Below, piece by piece: positions 24,345-39,069 of a DNA stretch of 64,000 nucleotides. The translations under genes and the position numbers were made by a program. The notes under the pieces were generated by a model. It saw only the letters and a list, made by a program, of their open reading frames with translations, ran no database searches and was not told the DNA's origin. The number at the start of each line of letters is the position of its first letter. The first letter of the stretch is position 1. Origin of the DNA: Lama guanicoe (taxonomy: Eukaryota); contig MU053482.1 in NCBI GenBank assembly GCA_013239625.1, positions 3,077,168 to 3,141,167 of the forward strand. Direction: 5' to 3'.

Positions 24345-26504
24345 TTTTTTTTATTGAGGCGAAATCACATAACATAAAATTAGCCATTATAAAAAGAAAA
24401 ATTTATTGATTTGCTTATTGAAACATCCTTGGACCCCATGAATAAGTCCCACTTAATTATGGTGTATGACCCTCTAACATATTGTTTAATTTGGTTTGCT
24501 ATATTTTGTTGAGGATTTTTGCATCTATGTTTATTAGGGATGTGGGTCTGCAGTTTCCTTTTCTTGCAGTGTCCAAGTCTGGCTTTGGCATCAGGGTAAT
24601 GCTGGCCTTATAAAATGAGTTTGGAAGTGTTCCCACCTTTTCTATTTTTTGGAAGAGTTTGATTGGCTTCACCAGTGAAGCCATATGGTCCAGGACTTTT
24701 CTTTTTGATTATTGATTCAATCACCTTACTAGTAATTATTTTGTTCAGATTTTCTATTTCTCTATCATTCCATTTTAGTAGGCTGTATATTTCTAGGAAT
24801 TTATTCATTCTTCTAGGTTATCTAATTGGTGGTGTGTAATTGTTCATAGTAGTTGCTTATGATCCCTAGCGTTTCTGTGGTATCAGTTGTAATGCCCCCT
24901 TTCATACCTAATTTTATTTATTTGAGTCTTCTCTTTTTTTTTCTTAGTCAAGCTAGAGATTTGTCAATTTTATTTTTTTTTTAAAAAAAGAACAGCTTTT
25001 AGTTTCATTGATCTTTTCTATTGTCTTTTTACTTTCTATTTCATTTATTTTGGCTCTGATCTTTGTTATTTCTTTCCTTCTACTATCTTTGGGTTTCATT
25101 TGTTCTTTTTCTAGTTCTTTGGGATGTAAAGTTAGGATGTTTATGTGAGATCTTCCTTTTTTCTTAATGTAGATATTTATCACTATAAACTTCCCTCAGA
25201 TCTGCTTTTGCTGCATCTCATAAATTTTGGTGTTTGTGTTGACATTTTCATTTGTCTCATGATAATTTTTAATTCCCTTTGATTTCTTTATTGATCCATT
25301 GATTGTTCAGGAGCATGTTGTTTAAACTCCACACATCTATGAATTTACAAGTTTTTTTATTATTATTGATTTCTAGTTTCATACCATTCTGGCTGAAAAA
25401 CATGCTTGATATGATTTCAATCTTCATAAATTTAAGACTTGTTTTGTGTCCTAACTTACGATCCATCTTGGAGAGTGTTCCACTTGTGCTTGAGAAGAAT
25501 GTGCATTCTGCAGCTGTTGGATGGAAGGTCTGTTAGGTCCATCTGGTTTAATGTACTGTTTGAGTCCTATTTGCCTTATCGATTTTCTTTTTGGATGATT
25601 TATCCACTGTTAATGTGGAGTGCTAAAGTCCTCTACTATTACTGTATTGCTGTCAATTTTTCCCTTCAGATCTGTTAATATTTGCTTCATACATGTAGGT
25701 GCTCTGGTGTTGGGTACCTAAATATTTATAATTGTTATAACCTCTGGCTGAGTTGACTACTTTATCATTATATAATGACCTTTGTCTCTTATTACAGTTT
25801 TTGGCTTAAAGTCCATTATGTCTATATCAGTATAGCTATCTGTGCTTTCCTCTGTTTTCTATTTGCATGATATATATTTTTACATACCTTTACCTTCAGT
25901 CTTTATGTGCCATGAAAGCTGAAGTGAGTTTTTTTTCTTTTAGGCTCTGGTGAGGAAAGCAGTCAGCACCTAGATTCATGCTAACTAGAATCTGAACTTT
26001 GTAAAGTATTCAGTCACATCCCTTTTAGGGAAACGTGGGAGACTGGGTGTTTTTGTCTGCTCCCTCTGCACTGAGCTCAGAGGGATAACCACGATGACTG
26101 CTCATGCATTCATTAAGAACTGCTTTGTGTGCTATAGTCCTGTGGGACTCATGAATGCAAGTTCTGTTGGCTTTCAGAGCTCAGAGTTTGGGAAGACCAT
26201 CCCTCAGGTGAGAGCCTTAAAAGCTGGTGTGCAAGATGTGTTGTCCAAACCCTTGCAGGGAGAAGCTGGGAGCTGGGGGTTCCCTCTCCATTGTATGGTG
26301 CTGTGCCAGGAGTGGGGTTTATGGCAAGAGTGTATCTCAATATTTCCGACCAATTTCAATGTGGGTAATTTTCTCAGGAGGCCAAAGTATAGGAGTCACT
26401 CAACTAGTTTCTGGATTTCTCTCATAGGGAATTGCTCCAAGTGTAGCTGTCTGCGAAACAGTGAAATTCAGGAGCCTCTTATGTTGCCATCTTGGTCTGA
26501 AGTC
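24345..26504 (-). mobile_element. Old internally deleted LINE-1 (5'UTR, EN to early RT of ORF2, short 3' end)
   Basis: The minus-strand 5' end gacttcagaccaagatggcaac is at ~26504. ORF2 remnants span 24420-25935 ([32 protein letters not shown]). A terminal cctcaataaaaaaaaaa lies at ~24345-24360. Confidence 0.85.
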
Positions 26505-29500
26505 TCATCTAGCCATTAAATGACTCTTTCATTGCCAAGATTTTCCTGTTAATTTATGGCTGGTCTGTCACTACCCTCAAAGAGGATTACAACTTCGACA
26601 AGTAGGGTCAGAGACTTCTTCCTTTCATTTCCTACTAGGTTCAATACTATTTTTACTGACAATGATGTTGTGGGCTTAAGCTTTCCACCCTTTAGGCATC
26701 AAAGCTGCTGGTTTTCTGGCCAGCCCCTCCCTGGTAAAACTATTTGTCACTGACAGAGCTGACATTTGGGAAAGATGGGAGCAACCCCAGGTAAGAACAC
26801 TGCAGATTTCTACTGTTCTTATCCAAAGTTCTAGCATGAATAAATGCTTCTGAGTTTGTTGTTTGCTTTTAGTCCATTTCCAGAGCACTGTAATAGTTGT
26901 ATTCAACAATTTTTGTCTAGTTTTATACTGGTTCTTAGAGGAAAGGAATTTCTGAACTCTTCACACTGCTGTACCCAGAATTACTGTCCCTGGTAATGTC
27001 AGTTTTGTTCGCCCAAACTTTTGTTTAATGAGGTCTAATTTCTCCAATGTGTACCTCATATTTTCCCTTGCAACTAATAAGCAATCTGCGGTCAAACACT
27101 TTAGACCATGCAAACACCGTGTTCCTCACCAAAATTTCTCCCTAGATTTAGCATTTTTTGAGTTACTGCATAAATCAGTCTTCACTATAATGACTATAAA
27201 ATGATTTTCCAAATCCAGCACCTTCTCTGCCAAGGGCAGGTTCATGAAGAATTTGTATATCTTGGGAAGGAGTCTAAGCTTTTTTTTCTGAAGACTGAGG
27301 AAGAACATTTCCCTCTCCATTCCTACCTGAACCCTTTGTAATCCCCCACAAAAAAGATAATCCATCAGAAAATAAAGTTCACAGTCCGCATCAATTAGCA
27401 CTAGAAAAATTGCGAAGAAGGAAGGCATGCAGTTGTAAGGGACTCTATCCTACATATATCATTAAAAACAATCAATTTGTGATATCAAGGGGTGAAATAT
27501 TACACTATATTCACTAAGAAAGTAATGTATTAGAAATGAGCTAGAGACAATATTCTAGTGTTTAAAGAGCAAGTTTTTCATTATCCAGAAAATTATTTAA
27601 TGTAATATAGAATAACTTACCCATGACTAACTGAAGTATTGCTTAATTTTTATATGTTTAAATATCATCTGCTTTCTTAGTTTTTAGGTAATTCACAATA
27701 TCAAATATTTTAAGAAATTACGTTAAGTTTTTATTCCTAACCAGCGACACTTGTTGCTGTGTTCATAGCTACAGTTATTTAGAAATTCAATTTCCTTGAA
27801 CTACTAGTCATAATCAGTTTTCTACTTAACCTTGAATTGCTTCCTAGTCTTCGGTAGCCAATGTCCATCCAAAGCTACACAACAACAGTAGAGAAGATGA
27901 TATGAAAAACAAACATTCCAGTGATAATTACTACTGATTTAACTACAACAGTACATACACATCCTGTTGATTATTCAAATAGTAAAACATTCTGAAAAAT
28001 TACTTCCTGATCTTAACTTTTCTTTAGGGGTTAAAGTTCTAAAATTCATAGCATCAAACATTAACAAATGTATTTGTTTCCTGTTTTGAAAAAACAACAC
28101 CAAAAACTTTTCTCCAGAATCTTCCCCTTCTGTGAATAATATATGTTGCATAAATAGAACACTGTGTCTCAGCTTTCAAATGGGCAAATTGAGGAATTAA
28201 AGGCCATGGTTTTCAAAACAGGCTATATTTCAGAAAGCATTAAACAATTTACTATAGTTCTGTCAACCCACAATGGAAAAAAATTTTAATAGTCGTCAAG
28301 GCTTAATACAAGTCATAAAAAATGAGATTTCTCATTCATTTGATCAACAGTTGTTGAATAGCTACTGTGCTCCAGGCACCAGGAGTACACTAATTAAAAA
28401 CAAGATTCCTACCCTTACAAATTAACTAAAGCTTTATATAGATAATATAGTCTAGTTTTGTAACTATCATTGAGAAGCAAAGTTTAATACTTGTTAAAAA
28501 TTCAGTATATTATTTCCAAAGATGTTATAAATGGAAATCTTCTAAGTAAAAAATAATTAAGAAATGTAACCGAATTCAGCAACTGTACATAGGTATATTT
28601 TAGTGGTTACAGACATGGGCTTATTCCCTTGAATGTGACATGAATTAAATACACTTTACATGCTTATAAGTAGAGTTCAGCAGTGTGGTAATCTTCACAA
28701 CTCAGTGAAGTTGGCAGGTTGCTAAACAAATAGTTAATATGCAACAAAATAGACCTGTACAAAATGCTACGAGCATAGAAAAGAGGATAATTCATCCTGC
28801 CACCATTTGTAAGCTGCACACTTAACTGCTGGAATAATCACATTTTATAAGAATATTAATCTCTAAAGTGCTTAAAGAGCAAAATGAAATTTTAGACAAG
28901 AACTTTGTGACAATGAAGGATAATAGTTAATGGCTATCTTGCCTCAAAGCATTTGCGTTCATTAAAAAATAACTCAGTTCAAAGACAGAGGTAGCTATTT
29001 AATGATAGCATTTAAACATCATAAAAGGAAAATGGAGAAGAGTTTTTAATCAGGATTCTTCCAAATTATCCTTAAATGATATCATGTATCAAACATATAC
29101 TTTTTTTATGTGTAATTCTAGCAAGTACACTAGTCAGCAAGTACCCCATTGGTCAATGATTGTCAGTCTTTACTATTTTAAAAATGGCTTCCTTTACAAA
29201 ACCAGCATAAATATTTAATGTTTAATTTTTTTTTAAAGCAAGCAATTTCCTAATAACATTCTGACTACTTCTGAACTCTCAAGCTTCATCAAACATCTTA
29301 GTATTAAATGAAGGCCTTTCATGGCTCTATACCACTGCTTACGTTCTTTCTGCCTGGGATGTCCTTTTTCCTCTTTTATAGCTAGTAAGAGTTGGCTCTT
29401 GGTAGCTCTATTATTGCACTAATTATACTGTATTATTCTTGGTATTCTACTATTGTGCTAATTATATTGTATTTTAATTTTTAAAACATATCTGTTTTTC

Positions 29501-30299
29501 CACTAGTTTTTAATTCTTTTGGTGTTTACTACAAAAAAATTAAATTGAAAGTCTTTCCTAGAAATCCTTAGAACCATGGAATAGAGTACACATGGTAATA
29601 ATTTTCTTCAGAAGAGTGCTCCAGAACAGAATAGTGAGAAGATTTAATTTGTTTCAAATCCCCAGGACAAATACCTAACATTCAAACTGTCAAAAAATGA
29701 TTAATTATAAATATAGTTACAGTAAAACACTAAAAGTCTTATTTCCTCCTTTTCTACCTAGAGCTCAATATGCCATTCATAGTAACTAGTCTAAACCCTT
29801 GTGCACACAAATTCTCCAACTATCTTTATAACTACATATTTTGAGAAAGAAAATGACACTTCATTTTTTCCCATTATATAATCGAGAATAAGATTAAACG
29901 AAGTAATAGTGCTATATGAAAAAGCTAGGAAATCAAATGAAAATAGCATTATGATCCAAGGCACTAGATATTGATCATTTAAGGAAAAAGAACAAAAATT
30001 TCTACAATTGATGCATTAATCATGTGGTTCATAAATTTACCAATCAATATATTCTTCTTAAATGTGTTACCTTTAAAGAGAACAATTTTGCACAACCCAA
30101 GCCTTCACTCTTTCCTCTGGCATTCTTCTCCTATTTTAGGAACATAAATTATTCTTGATACTCTTATAAAAGTTAATGTCACTTCAAGAATAATTGTATA
30201 GCATTACAGACAGAAGTTTTTCCAGAGGAAGGCAAAAAGAGAGGATGTCAAAAATTTTCCCTTAAAATTATTAATAATTGTTAATTGTTAAATGTTTTT

Positions 30300-32423
30300 A
30301 AATGTTGTTAAAATCTCCATAGTACCTCAAACCACCTACAGATTCAATGCAATCAAAAGTCTTAGGGAAGTCTCTTCAGCAAATGGGGTTGGGAAAACTG
30401 GACAGCAGCAAGCAAATCAATGAAGCTAGAACACTCCCTTACACCATACACAAAAATAAACTCAAAATGGATCAAAGACTTAAACATAAGACAAGATACA
30501 ATAAACTTCCTAGAAGAAAATATAGGCAAAACATTATCTCACATACATCTCAAAAATATTCTCCTAGGACAGTCTACCCAAGCAATAGAAATAAAAGCAA
30601 GAATAAACAAATGGGACCTAATGAAACTTACAAGCTTCTGCACATAAATAAAACAAAATGACAACCTATGGAATGGGAGAAAATTTTTGCAAATGAAACT
30701 GACAAAAGCTTGATCTCCAGAATATATAAGCAGCTCATATGACTCAATAAGAAAGAAACTAACAACCCAACCCAAAAATGGGCAGAAGACCTAAACAAGC
30801 AATTCTCCAAGGAAGAAATACAAAATAATCAATAGGCACGTGAAAAAATGCTCAGTATCACTAATTATCAGAGAAACGCAAATCAAAACTATGATGAGGT
30901 ATCACCTCACACCAGTCAGAATGGCCATCATTCAAAAATCCACAAATGACAAATGCTGGAGAGGCTGTGGAGAAAAGGGAACCCTCCTACACTGCTGGTG
31001 GGAATGCAGTTTTTGGTGCAGCCACTGTGGAAAACACTATGGAGATTCCTCAAAAGACTAGGAATAGACTTACCATATGGCCCATTCATCCCACTCATGG
31101 CATATATCCAGAAGGAACCCTACTTCAAAATGACACCTGCACCCCAACGTTCACAGCAGCACTATTTACAATAGCCAAGACATGGAAACAGCCTAAATAT
31201 CCATCAACAGATAACTGGATAAAGAAGAGGTGCTATATTTATACAATGGAATACTATTCAGCCATAAAAATGACAACATAACGCCATTTGCAGCAACATG
31301 GATGTCCCTGGAGAATGTCATTCTATGTAAAGTAGTAAGCCAGAAAGAGAGAGAAAAATACCATATGAGATCGCTCATATGTGCAATCTGAAAAAAAAAA
31401 AAGAAAAGAAACATAAATACAGAACAGAAACAGATTCATAGACACAGAATACAAACTTGTGGTTGCCAAGGGGGTAGGGGGTGGGAAGGGACAGACTGGG
31501 AGTTCAAAATTTGTAGATAGTGACAGGCATATGCAGAACAGATAAACAAAATTATACTGTATAGCACAGGGAAATACATACAAGATCTTGTGGTAGCTCA
31601 CAGCAAAAAAAAATGTGACAATGAACATATGTATGTTCATGTAAAACTGAACAGTTGTGCTCTACACTGGAATTTGACACAACATTGTAAAATGACTATA
31701 ACTCAATTAAAAATGTTAAAAAAAAGTCTTCAGGAGGGGGGTAAAAAAATTCTAATGATATTTTTCATAGAAATAGAAAAAAAAGTCAATCCTAAACTTC
31801 ATTGGAAACATAAAGTCCCTGGATAGCCAAAGCAATCCTGAGAAAGAACAAAGCTGCAAGTATCACAATAACTGATTTGAAACTATTACAAAGCTACAGT
31901 AATCAAAACAGTATAGTACTGGCAGACAAACAGACACATAAATCAATTAAATAAAATTGAGAGTGTGGAAAGAAACTTACACATACACTATCAACTAATA
32001 TTTGACAAAGAAGCCAAAAATACTCATTGGGGAAAGGACAGTCTCTTCAATAAATGATGCTGGAAAAACTGGATAGTCACATGCAAAAGAATGAAATTGG
32101 ACCCTTATCTCATACCATTCATAAAAAAAATGAAATGGATTAAATATGTAAATGTAAGAACTAAAACTATAAAACTATTAGAAGAAAACAGGGGAAAAGC
32201 TTCCTGACATTGGTCTTGGGAATGATTTTTTGGTACGTGACACCAAAAGCTCAAGCAGCAAAAGCAAAAATAAACAAGTGGAACTACACCAACTAAAAAG
32301 TTTCTAAACAGCAAAATAAACAAAATGAACAGGAAATCTATGGGATAAGAGAAAATATATGCAAACCACCTATTTGGTAAGAAATTAACATCTAAAATAT
32401 AAAAGGAACTCGTACAACTCAAT

Positions 32424-32466
<43 letters not shown>

Positions 32467-33402
32467 AAGTAGGAAAAGGACTTGAACATTTTTCCAAAGA
32501 AAATATATGAATGCCAAAAGGTACATCAAAAGATGCTTAACTTCACTAATCATCAGGGAAATGCAAATGAAAACCACAATGAGATATCATTTTATAAGAG
32601 CTTAAATAAGTATTATCAAAAGAGGAAAGGGAATTCTTGTGCTCTGTTGGTGGGAATGTAAACTGAACAAGGATTAAGGAAAATGGCATGAAGTTTCCTA
32701 AAAGAAATGAAAAATAGAACTACCATATGGTCTAGCAATCCTACATAACCAAAGGAAATGGAATAACTATCTTAAAGAGGTATCTACACTCATGTGTTCA
32801 TTGTAGCATTATTCACAACAGCCAAGATATGGAAACATTCATCTGTTGTGTCCACCAACAGATGAATAGAAAAAGAAAATATTGTATATATAATACAATG
32901 GAATATTATTCAAACGTAAAAAAGAAGGAAACCCTGCTTTTCATGACAACATGGATAGACCTTGCCTGCACTATGCTAAGTGAAACAAGCCAGACAGAGA
33001 AAGAGAAATAAACTATATTCTCACTTATATATGGAATCTAAAAAAGCTGAACTCATAGAAATAAAGAGTAGAATGGTGGTTGCCAAGGCCTACGTGGTGG
33101 CAGAAGTGAGAAGCTATTGGTCAAATGGTATAAATTCCAGGTATAAGATGAATAAATTCTGGGGATCTAATGGACAGCATGGTGACTATAATTAACAACA
33201 CTATATTATACACTTGAAAACTGTGAAGAGAGTAGATTTTAATATGTTATCAGCACATATACAGAAATGACAGTTATGTGAGGGATACAAGTGTCAACTA
33301 ATCTTATTGTGGTAATATTTTGCAATATATATAAGCATCAAATCATCACACTGTAAACTCTGAACTTACATATGTTATCTTTCAATAATATCTCAATAAA
33401 CA
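30300..33402 (+). mobile_element. Older L1 (L1MA-like 3' end), interrupted by the younger L1 at 30369-31721
   Basis: acctacagattcaatgcaatc before the insert resumes as aaaattctaatgatatttttcatagaaatag after it. L1MA-type 3'UTR (gatctaatggacagcatggtgactata) ends in aataaa near 33395. Internal long A-run at 32428-32461. Confidence 0.85.
30369..31721 (+). mobile_element. 5'-truncated lineage-specific LINE-1 nested in an older L1
   Basis: Very similar to 18548-19885. Flanked by the imperfect TSD aaaagtctt(c)agg at 30355 and 31722. Confidence 0.93.
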
Positions 33403-34749
33403 CAGGTGATACATGACTAATTTTGTTTTACTATGGAAACAGAGGAATGATGGCTAGGCCCAAGATTATTTTAGTCTGTGACTTTAAAAATGTCTAATAA
33501 ATAGCATACTACAAAAACTGGGAAATAACTATTCTGAAACTAGTATGTTTGTAGTTAAAATCCAAATTATAAGTGAACATATATGACAAAAACTGTCATG
33601 AGAATTTCACAAAATTATTTGGGTCAAGGAGGGATACCTGACTTAAACAGCTATAGATGAGATTAAACAATCAGAGGGGCTATAAAAACCAGTTCTTGTG
33701 AATACAATCTTATTAACATAAAAAAAACCCCACAGTTTTCCACACTTAAAGCACAAATGTTCAGGTAACAAAAACAATTCACACAGACTACAAAAAGATA
33801 CAAACAAAATAGATGGCAAGTTGGAGATGAAAGTGGTTAACAGAAAATATAAGGAATGAGATAGATGATGGCAGAAGTCCACATAACTATTCAGGCCAAC
33901 ACAGAGACCTCTGAAACTGTGGAAAACAAATTCATTATCAAAACAATCCTTGGAGAAAAGAACCAAGGAAATGTTATCATTACATTTAGACCTTTCACAG
34001 GAAAACTAGTCAAGGCTACAAAAGAATCTTATAGTCTCATCTGCTTCCTGTCTGTACTTTGTAAAATCCACCACCACTTCCCCACCCCCAACCCAGGTAA
34101 TGAACTCTGATAATGGTCTAATATTGGCCTTTAACAACAGCCCAACCAAAATGACCAGTGATAAGAGCATGCCTTTAGACAGAATTATCAGTACCACACG
34201 CTCTGGGAGCTACAACTCTGCATACAATGCTGTTTTGGAGGCATCTTTCTCCTTTCCTTGCTTATCTTTTCCTCATTCTTTCTCTGAAAAATTAAATTTT
34301 GAATATGTAAGCAAAAGATAATTAAGTTCAAAATACTAGAGAGTAAAATAATGAAATTTGACATTCAAATGGTTAATCATCATGTGTTCTGGCACACTTC
34401 AACCAGACAAAGAACTCTCCTAGGAGATACGATTGCCATTTTCTTTATGGCTGGCTATTAATTTATTCAACAAACATTGAGATTTTCTGTGCCCAAGGCA
34501 CCATGCCAGATATAGAGGACGCAAAGAATAAGACAAGGCAGATCTTGAAACTCCCAGGCTAATAAGGGAAAACTCCCTGTTAACAAACAAGGGAAAAACA
34601 CAGAGTAGAATTTCCATATCCCTGAAGATATCTGAGAATCAATACATCAGTCCCTGTCTACCTCTAGACTTCTTGTTATCTGAGGATAAATTCTCCAATT
34701 TGGTCAAGCATTGTACTTTTTTTAAATATAAAAAGGTATACATATGAAG

Positions 34750-36570
34750 AGCTAAACAGCTATGCAAGTTTCCATTTTCATTGTAAGATAAAACACAAAT
34801 ACAGGAAAACACACAAATCAAATGAACGGCTTAAGAAATTATCTTACAAACACTACCTTGGTCAAGAAAGAACTTTGCCAGCAATCCTAGAAGCCACTTC
34901 TATTTGCCTCTAATCACAGCCACCTCTCTCCTACCATAAGTAACCATTATCTTGACTTTATTAACCATTTTCTTGATTTTTCCTATAGGCATTTTTATCA
35001 CCCAAGTGTGCATCCCTAGACGCTATAGTTCAATCTCACTCTATTAAAAATGGGATGTGTTTTAAATCTCTTTTAATCTAGACGTTGCTTCTCCCTTCCT
35101 TTCCATTCCTCATAATATAATTTATTTGTCAAAGAACCTGGACGCTTGACTGATAGTTTCTGAGAGCCTAGATTTTGCCAATTGCAGTCCCTCAGTGCAA
35201 TGTGTTCCCCATTTCTGTATTTCCTGTGAGCAGTATCAGATTTAATCTCTCTGGCAAAAATACAGGTAGACATATAATATCAGCTTATTTTTCTTCTTGT
35301 GATAAGAGTTCTTGATGCTTAGATCTTCATTTACTGGGGGTTGTGAAATGATGATGCTCTATTTCAATAACTTCTTTTTCATTTATTGATAGAATACTTT
35401 TAAGAACAGACAATTCCCCTCGTCTACTATTGGGTTACCCTGTACTATAGTTCATACAAGCAAGGCAGAATAAATGCTTGATTCCTTTCTGTTATTGATA
35501 AGTTTTCAAGATAACAAATCATTTCCCCGTCATAATGTGAGGTAATAATTTTTTAATTTTAATATTATTATGATAATGGATTTAAAAATATTTTCTGGGT
35601 TTCAACCAGTTGCAATTAGTGTAATTTTTGAAGCTCTCCTAGAACTTTAAAGAAACTGAATTTTACAGTATGTATTCTTTTTTGTCTGATTTTTTTCATT
35701 GAGCATAATTATTTTCAGATTAATCCATGTGGTAATATGTATCAATAATTCATTTCTTTATATTGCTTAGTAGGATTCCATTGTATGGATATACTGCAAA
35801 TTATTTATCCATTACTATCACCATTATTCACCATTTATGGACATTGAGCTTGTTTCCAGTTTTTCACTATTATAAAAATATGGATATGAACATTCACAAA
35901 TATTTTTATGGACAATGCTATCATTTTCCTTAAGTAAATGCCTAGGAGTGGAATGGCTGGATTATTTGGTTTAACCTTTTTAAAAAGCCAAACTTTATTC
36001 CAAGGTATCTCCCATTCACATTCCCATTAGCAGTGAACTAAAGTTCCAATTCCTCCACTTCAGGCAGTCCTCTGAAAAAGCTGGAATGCTAACGCTCCTT
36101 CCCAATGGATGGTGTGCCATCTCCCAATGCAACAAGCTACCCCTCACTCCTCTTTGCTCTCAGTGGCCCTCAGGAATCCAAACTATGTTAATTCTGTCAG
36201 TGCTCTGAATGAGGCAATTCAGAAACCAGTTCCTCGGGCAGCCCTCCATAAATCCAGATCATTGGATGGAAACTTCACTATTCTCCTTCCCCTTCCTCCA
36301 AGGAAAAGCTGCAAGCTGGGCATTCTCTCCCAGTACTGAGTTGTGCTAGCTTTGGGGGGAGGCTGACCAGGTAAAGTGACCTTGTTCTTCTTACCCATTT
36401 CAATGTGGCTGTTCTTAGCTCTTGTGATCATCTGGGGTACCATAACTTTTTAACTGGCTTCTAGAATTCTCACAAAGGTATTCTGGTCTGTATATCATTG
36501 TTAAATTGATGTTTTTGCAGGAGAACAAGGATTGGGACTTCCTATTCTGCCATCTTGCTGACGGCACTCC
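34750..36570 (-). mobile_element. Cluster of ancient L1 fragments (L1MC/L1ME-like) including an L1 5' end near 36555
   Basis: Motifs ggattccattgtatggatatac, tgcctaggagtggaatggctgga and gggacttcctattctgccatcttg (YY1-type 5' end on the minus strand). Confidence 0.6.
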
Positions 36571-38712
36571 CCAAATTCTCATTCTTGACTGTTTCTCTCC
36601 TTCACTATTTAAGCACAGCTATTTTAATATCTGATAACTATTTTTGGTGCCCCTGTGGACCTTTTATATTGTCTATGGTTTCTTTTATATTATTTTCAGA
36701 TAACTTTAGTCCCCATGTTTCTGGGTTGCTTTTGATTGAGTGCTGAGCATACATATTAAATCTGTAGACATACTGGAGGCTTAGAATGTAGTTATCTTGT
36801 TCCAGAGAGGATTTACTTTCATTCCTACTATATGGCTAGAGAGAGAAGCATCAAGGATCATTTCAATCCATTTCAAAGAACTGAGATGACTTCAATCTGT
36901 ACTTCAGTTCCTCAGGAGGATTGTCTGCTTGTGATTTACCCACTCCTATGTTGTAGTCCTTTATGGTCCCAACTCAAAGCGTAAGAGTTTTATATAAGAA
37001 TCTCCCTTGGTAAAACCTGAACTCCAATTTTCCTCTTCCCCAAGGTATATCAATAGTACTGATCAGTTTTTCAGTAACTTCTTCCAAAATCAAGAGGTGC
37101 TTGGGAAAAAGTGGTAACAAATGTCTGGCTCACTTCTCTAGGTTTTCTTCTTCTCTTGGACCATGGTTTGATCATTATTTATTACCTCTGATGCTTTCAA
37201 GTAGATGTTGTTTATATTTGTATCACTTTCCTAGTAGTCACTGTTAAGAGGGCGAGTCTGAATTACATAAGCCACCATTACTGGAAGAGAGGTCCAGGTT
37301 TTATAAATGTTTATCTACAGCAGTTTTTCTTGGTGGGAGTGCTACTGGTATTTAAGGAAAAATTCTTCTGATGCATGTATGTCATGCATGAACAATGTTT
37401 AATATCACCTGGGTCCTGGGCATTAATGCCAATAACAATCCCTGCCCTCCCCTTCAAACCACTGTAAAAACTCAAAAGCATAAGAAGTTTATAAGGCACT
37501 CATTAAGTATAAGATAAATGATAGCATTTGGGAATGTGAAATTTTGTTTGTGTCATATCCTTCTACTCCTCTTCATGGTAAATTTTATCTTTGGTTGACT
37601 CTTTAGAGGTATAGAGCCCTTTCTAAATGAAAAAAGTCAGGTGAATAGTGCTTGGCTAAAATCAATTAAGTCAGTGATTAGCAGGGACCATGGACAGGCT
37701 GTAGATAATCTTTGAACCCCTAAAATTTCCAAAAGTTTGTGGAGGGAGGTTTTCATCAACAGGATATTCTTTGGAGAAGTAAGTGCCACCAGGAAGAGAG
37801 TACCTATTTCACACATTAAAGAAAATAGCCTTAATTAAACTTAGTTGAGATGACTCAATGTGTAGAAACTTCCTGGGGGGCAGGAGGGGAGAGGAGACCT
37901 ATGTAATTTTTAAGAGTTTAAACTCTGAAGGGGAGGCAGATATAATGGGGAAGAACTACTACTGGGGACTGGTATCACCATTTACGTTTACTGGGATACT
38001 AGAAAGCTCTATTTGTATTTACATTAATTTCTTCTAAGGCTTTCTAAATTTGACTGAAGTCACAGCAGAAGAATAAGGATGGGGCACTGATGAAAAAAGA
38101 GTGACAAATTTCAGAGTTGAGCAGGGAGTGAAATTCAACATGAAGTAGGAGGGAAACAAGAAAGTAGAATTGTTGTGGAAGGAACTAAGAATTCTGGAGA
38201 AGTAGAGCAGGAGCTCCAGGAAAGGGAAGGTTTCAGTTCAACTAGAAAAAGACAAACACAGATGGAAAACAATGACAGAATCAAAGAGAGTGGGACACTC
38301 ATACATAGGTACATAGAAAGGACAAGTAAGAGGTAAAGTAAGTGGCAATCTCCGGCAGCCCTGGTCTGAAACACCCTTACTTTTAAGTTATATTACTCCT
38401 TTAATGAAGTATAAGCTATCCAAAGTACACAAGGCACTTTCTAGTGTCCTCTTCCTAATTCTCTATCCTTGTCATTGCCAGAAAATTAGAGATAAAGTCC
38501 TAATACAGATGGTAGAATGAAAAGGATGGGACTTTTAGTTCTATCTGACAAGGTTTCTATAAAAGCAGTTCATCTAAGGAAAAGCAAAATATACTACACC
38601 TATTCATCTTTTAAAGCAGAAAGAAAGTATGTGAACTTTCTAAAAGGCTGACTGACTCCAGAGCAAAAGGGGGCCTGGGTTAAAAACTCAAAAAAAAAAA
38701 AAAAAAAAAAAC

Positions 38713-38763
38713 NNNNNNNNNNNNNNNNNNNNNNNNNNNNNNNNNNNNNNNNNNNNNNNNNNN
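38713..38763. other. Assembly gap (51 N) flanked by poly(A) on both sides
   Basis: Run of n characters about 200 bp from the exon 6 donor. Confidence 0.99.
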
Positions 38764-38963
38764 AAAAATTAAAAAAAAAAAAAAAAAAGAAAACGAATAA
38801 GCACTAGTTAAGATTAGAACCCACATAATTAAATATTTAATATATCAGGTATTTAATGGTTTGCTTTCTATTTTCCTGAGTGATATCAGGTGATACGACC
38901 TTAAAATAAATCTTTTTTCATAGGCTTCTATAAGAACACTGAAAATAGGAGAACAAGACATAC

Positions 38964-39069
38964 CTAACTGCTGGAACAGGAGAGCCACACTAGTGCCTGT
39001 GACAGGAAGACTATCATGCAAGGGAGTCTGGATCAGCTGTCTATCTCCTGCACCCAAGGAAAACAGCTT
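38964..39069 (-). CDS. SBF2: SBF2 coding exon 6, 106 nt
   Basis: Boundaries ctgcag|AAG CTG...TTA G|gtatgt. Translation [35 protein letters not shown](G). Ends in phase 1. Confidence 0.96.
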
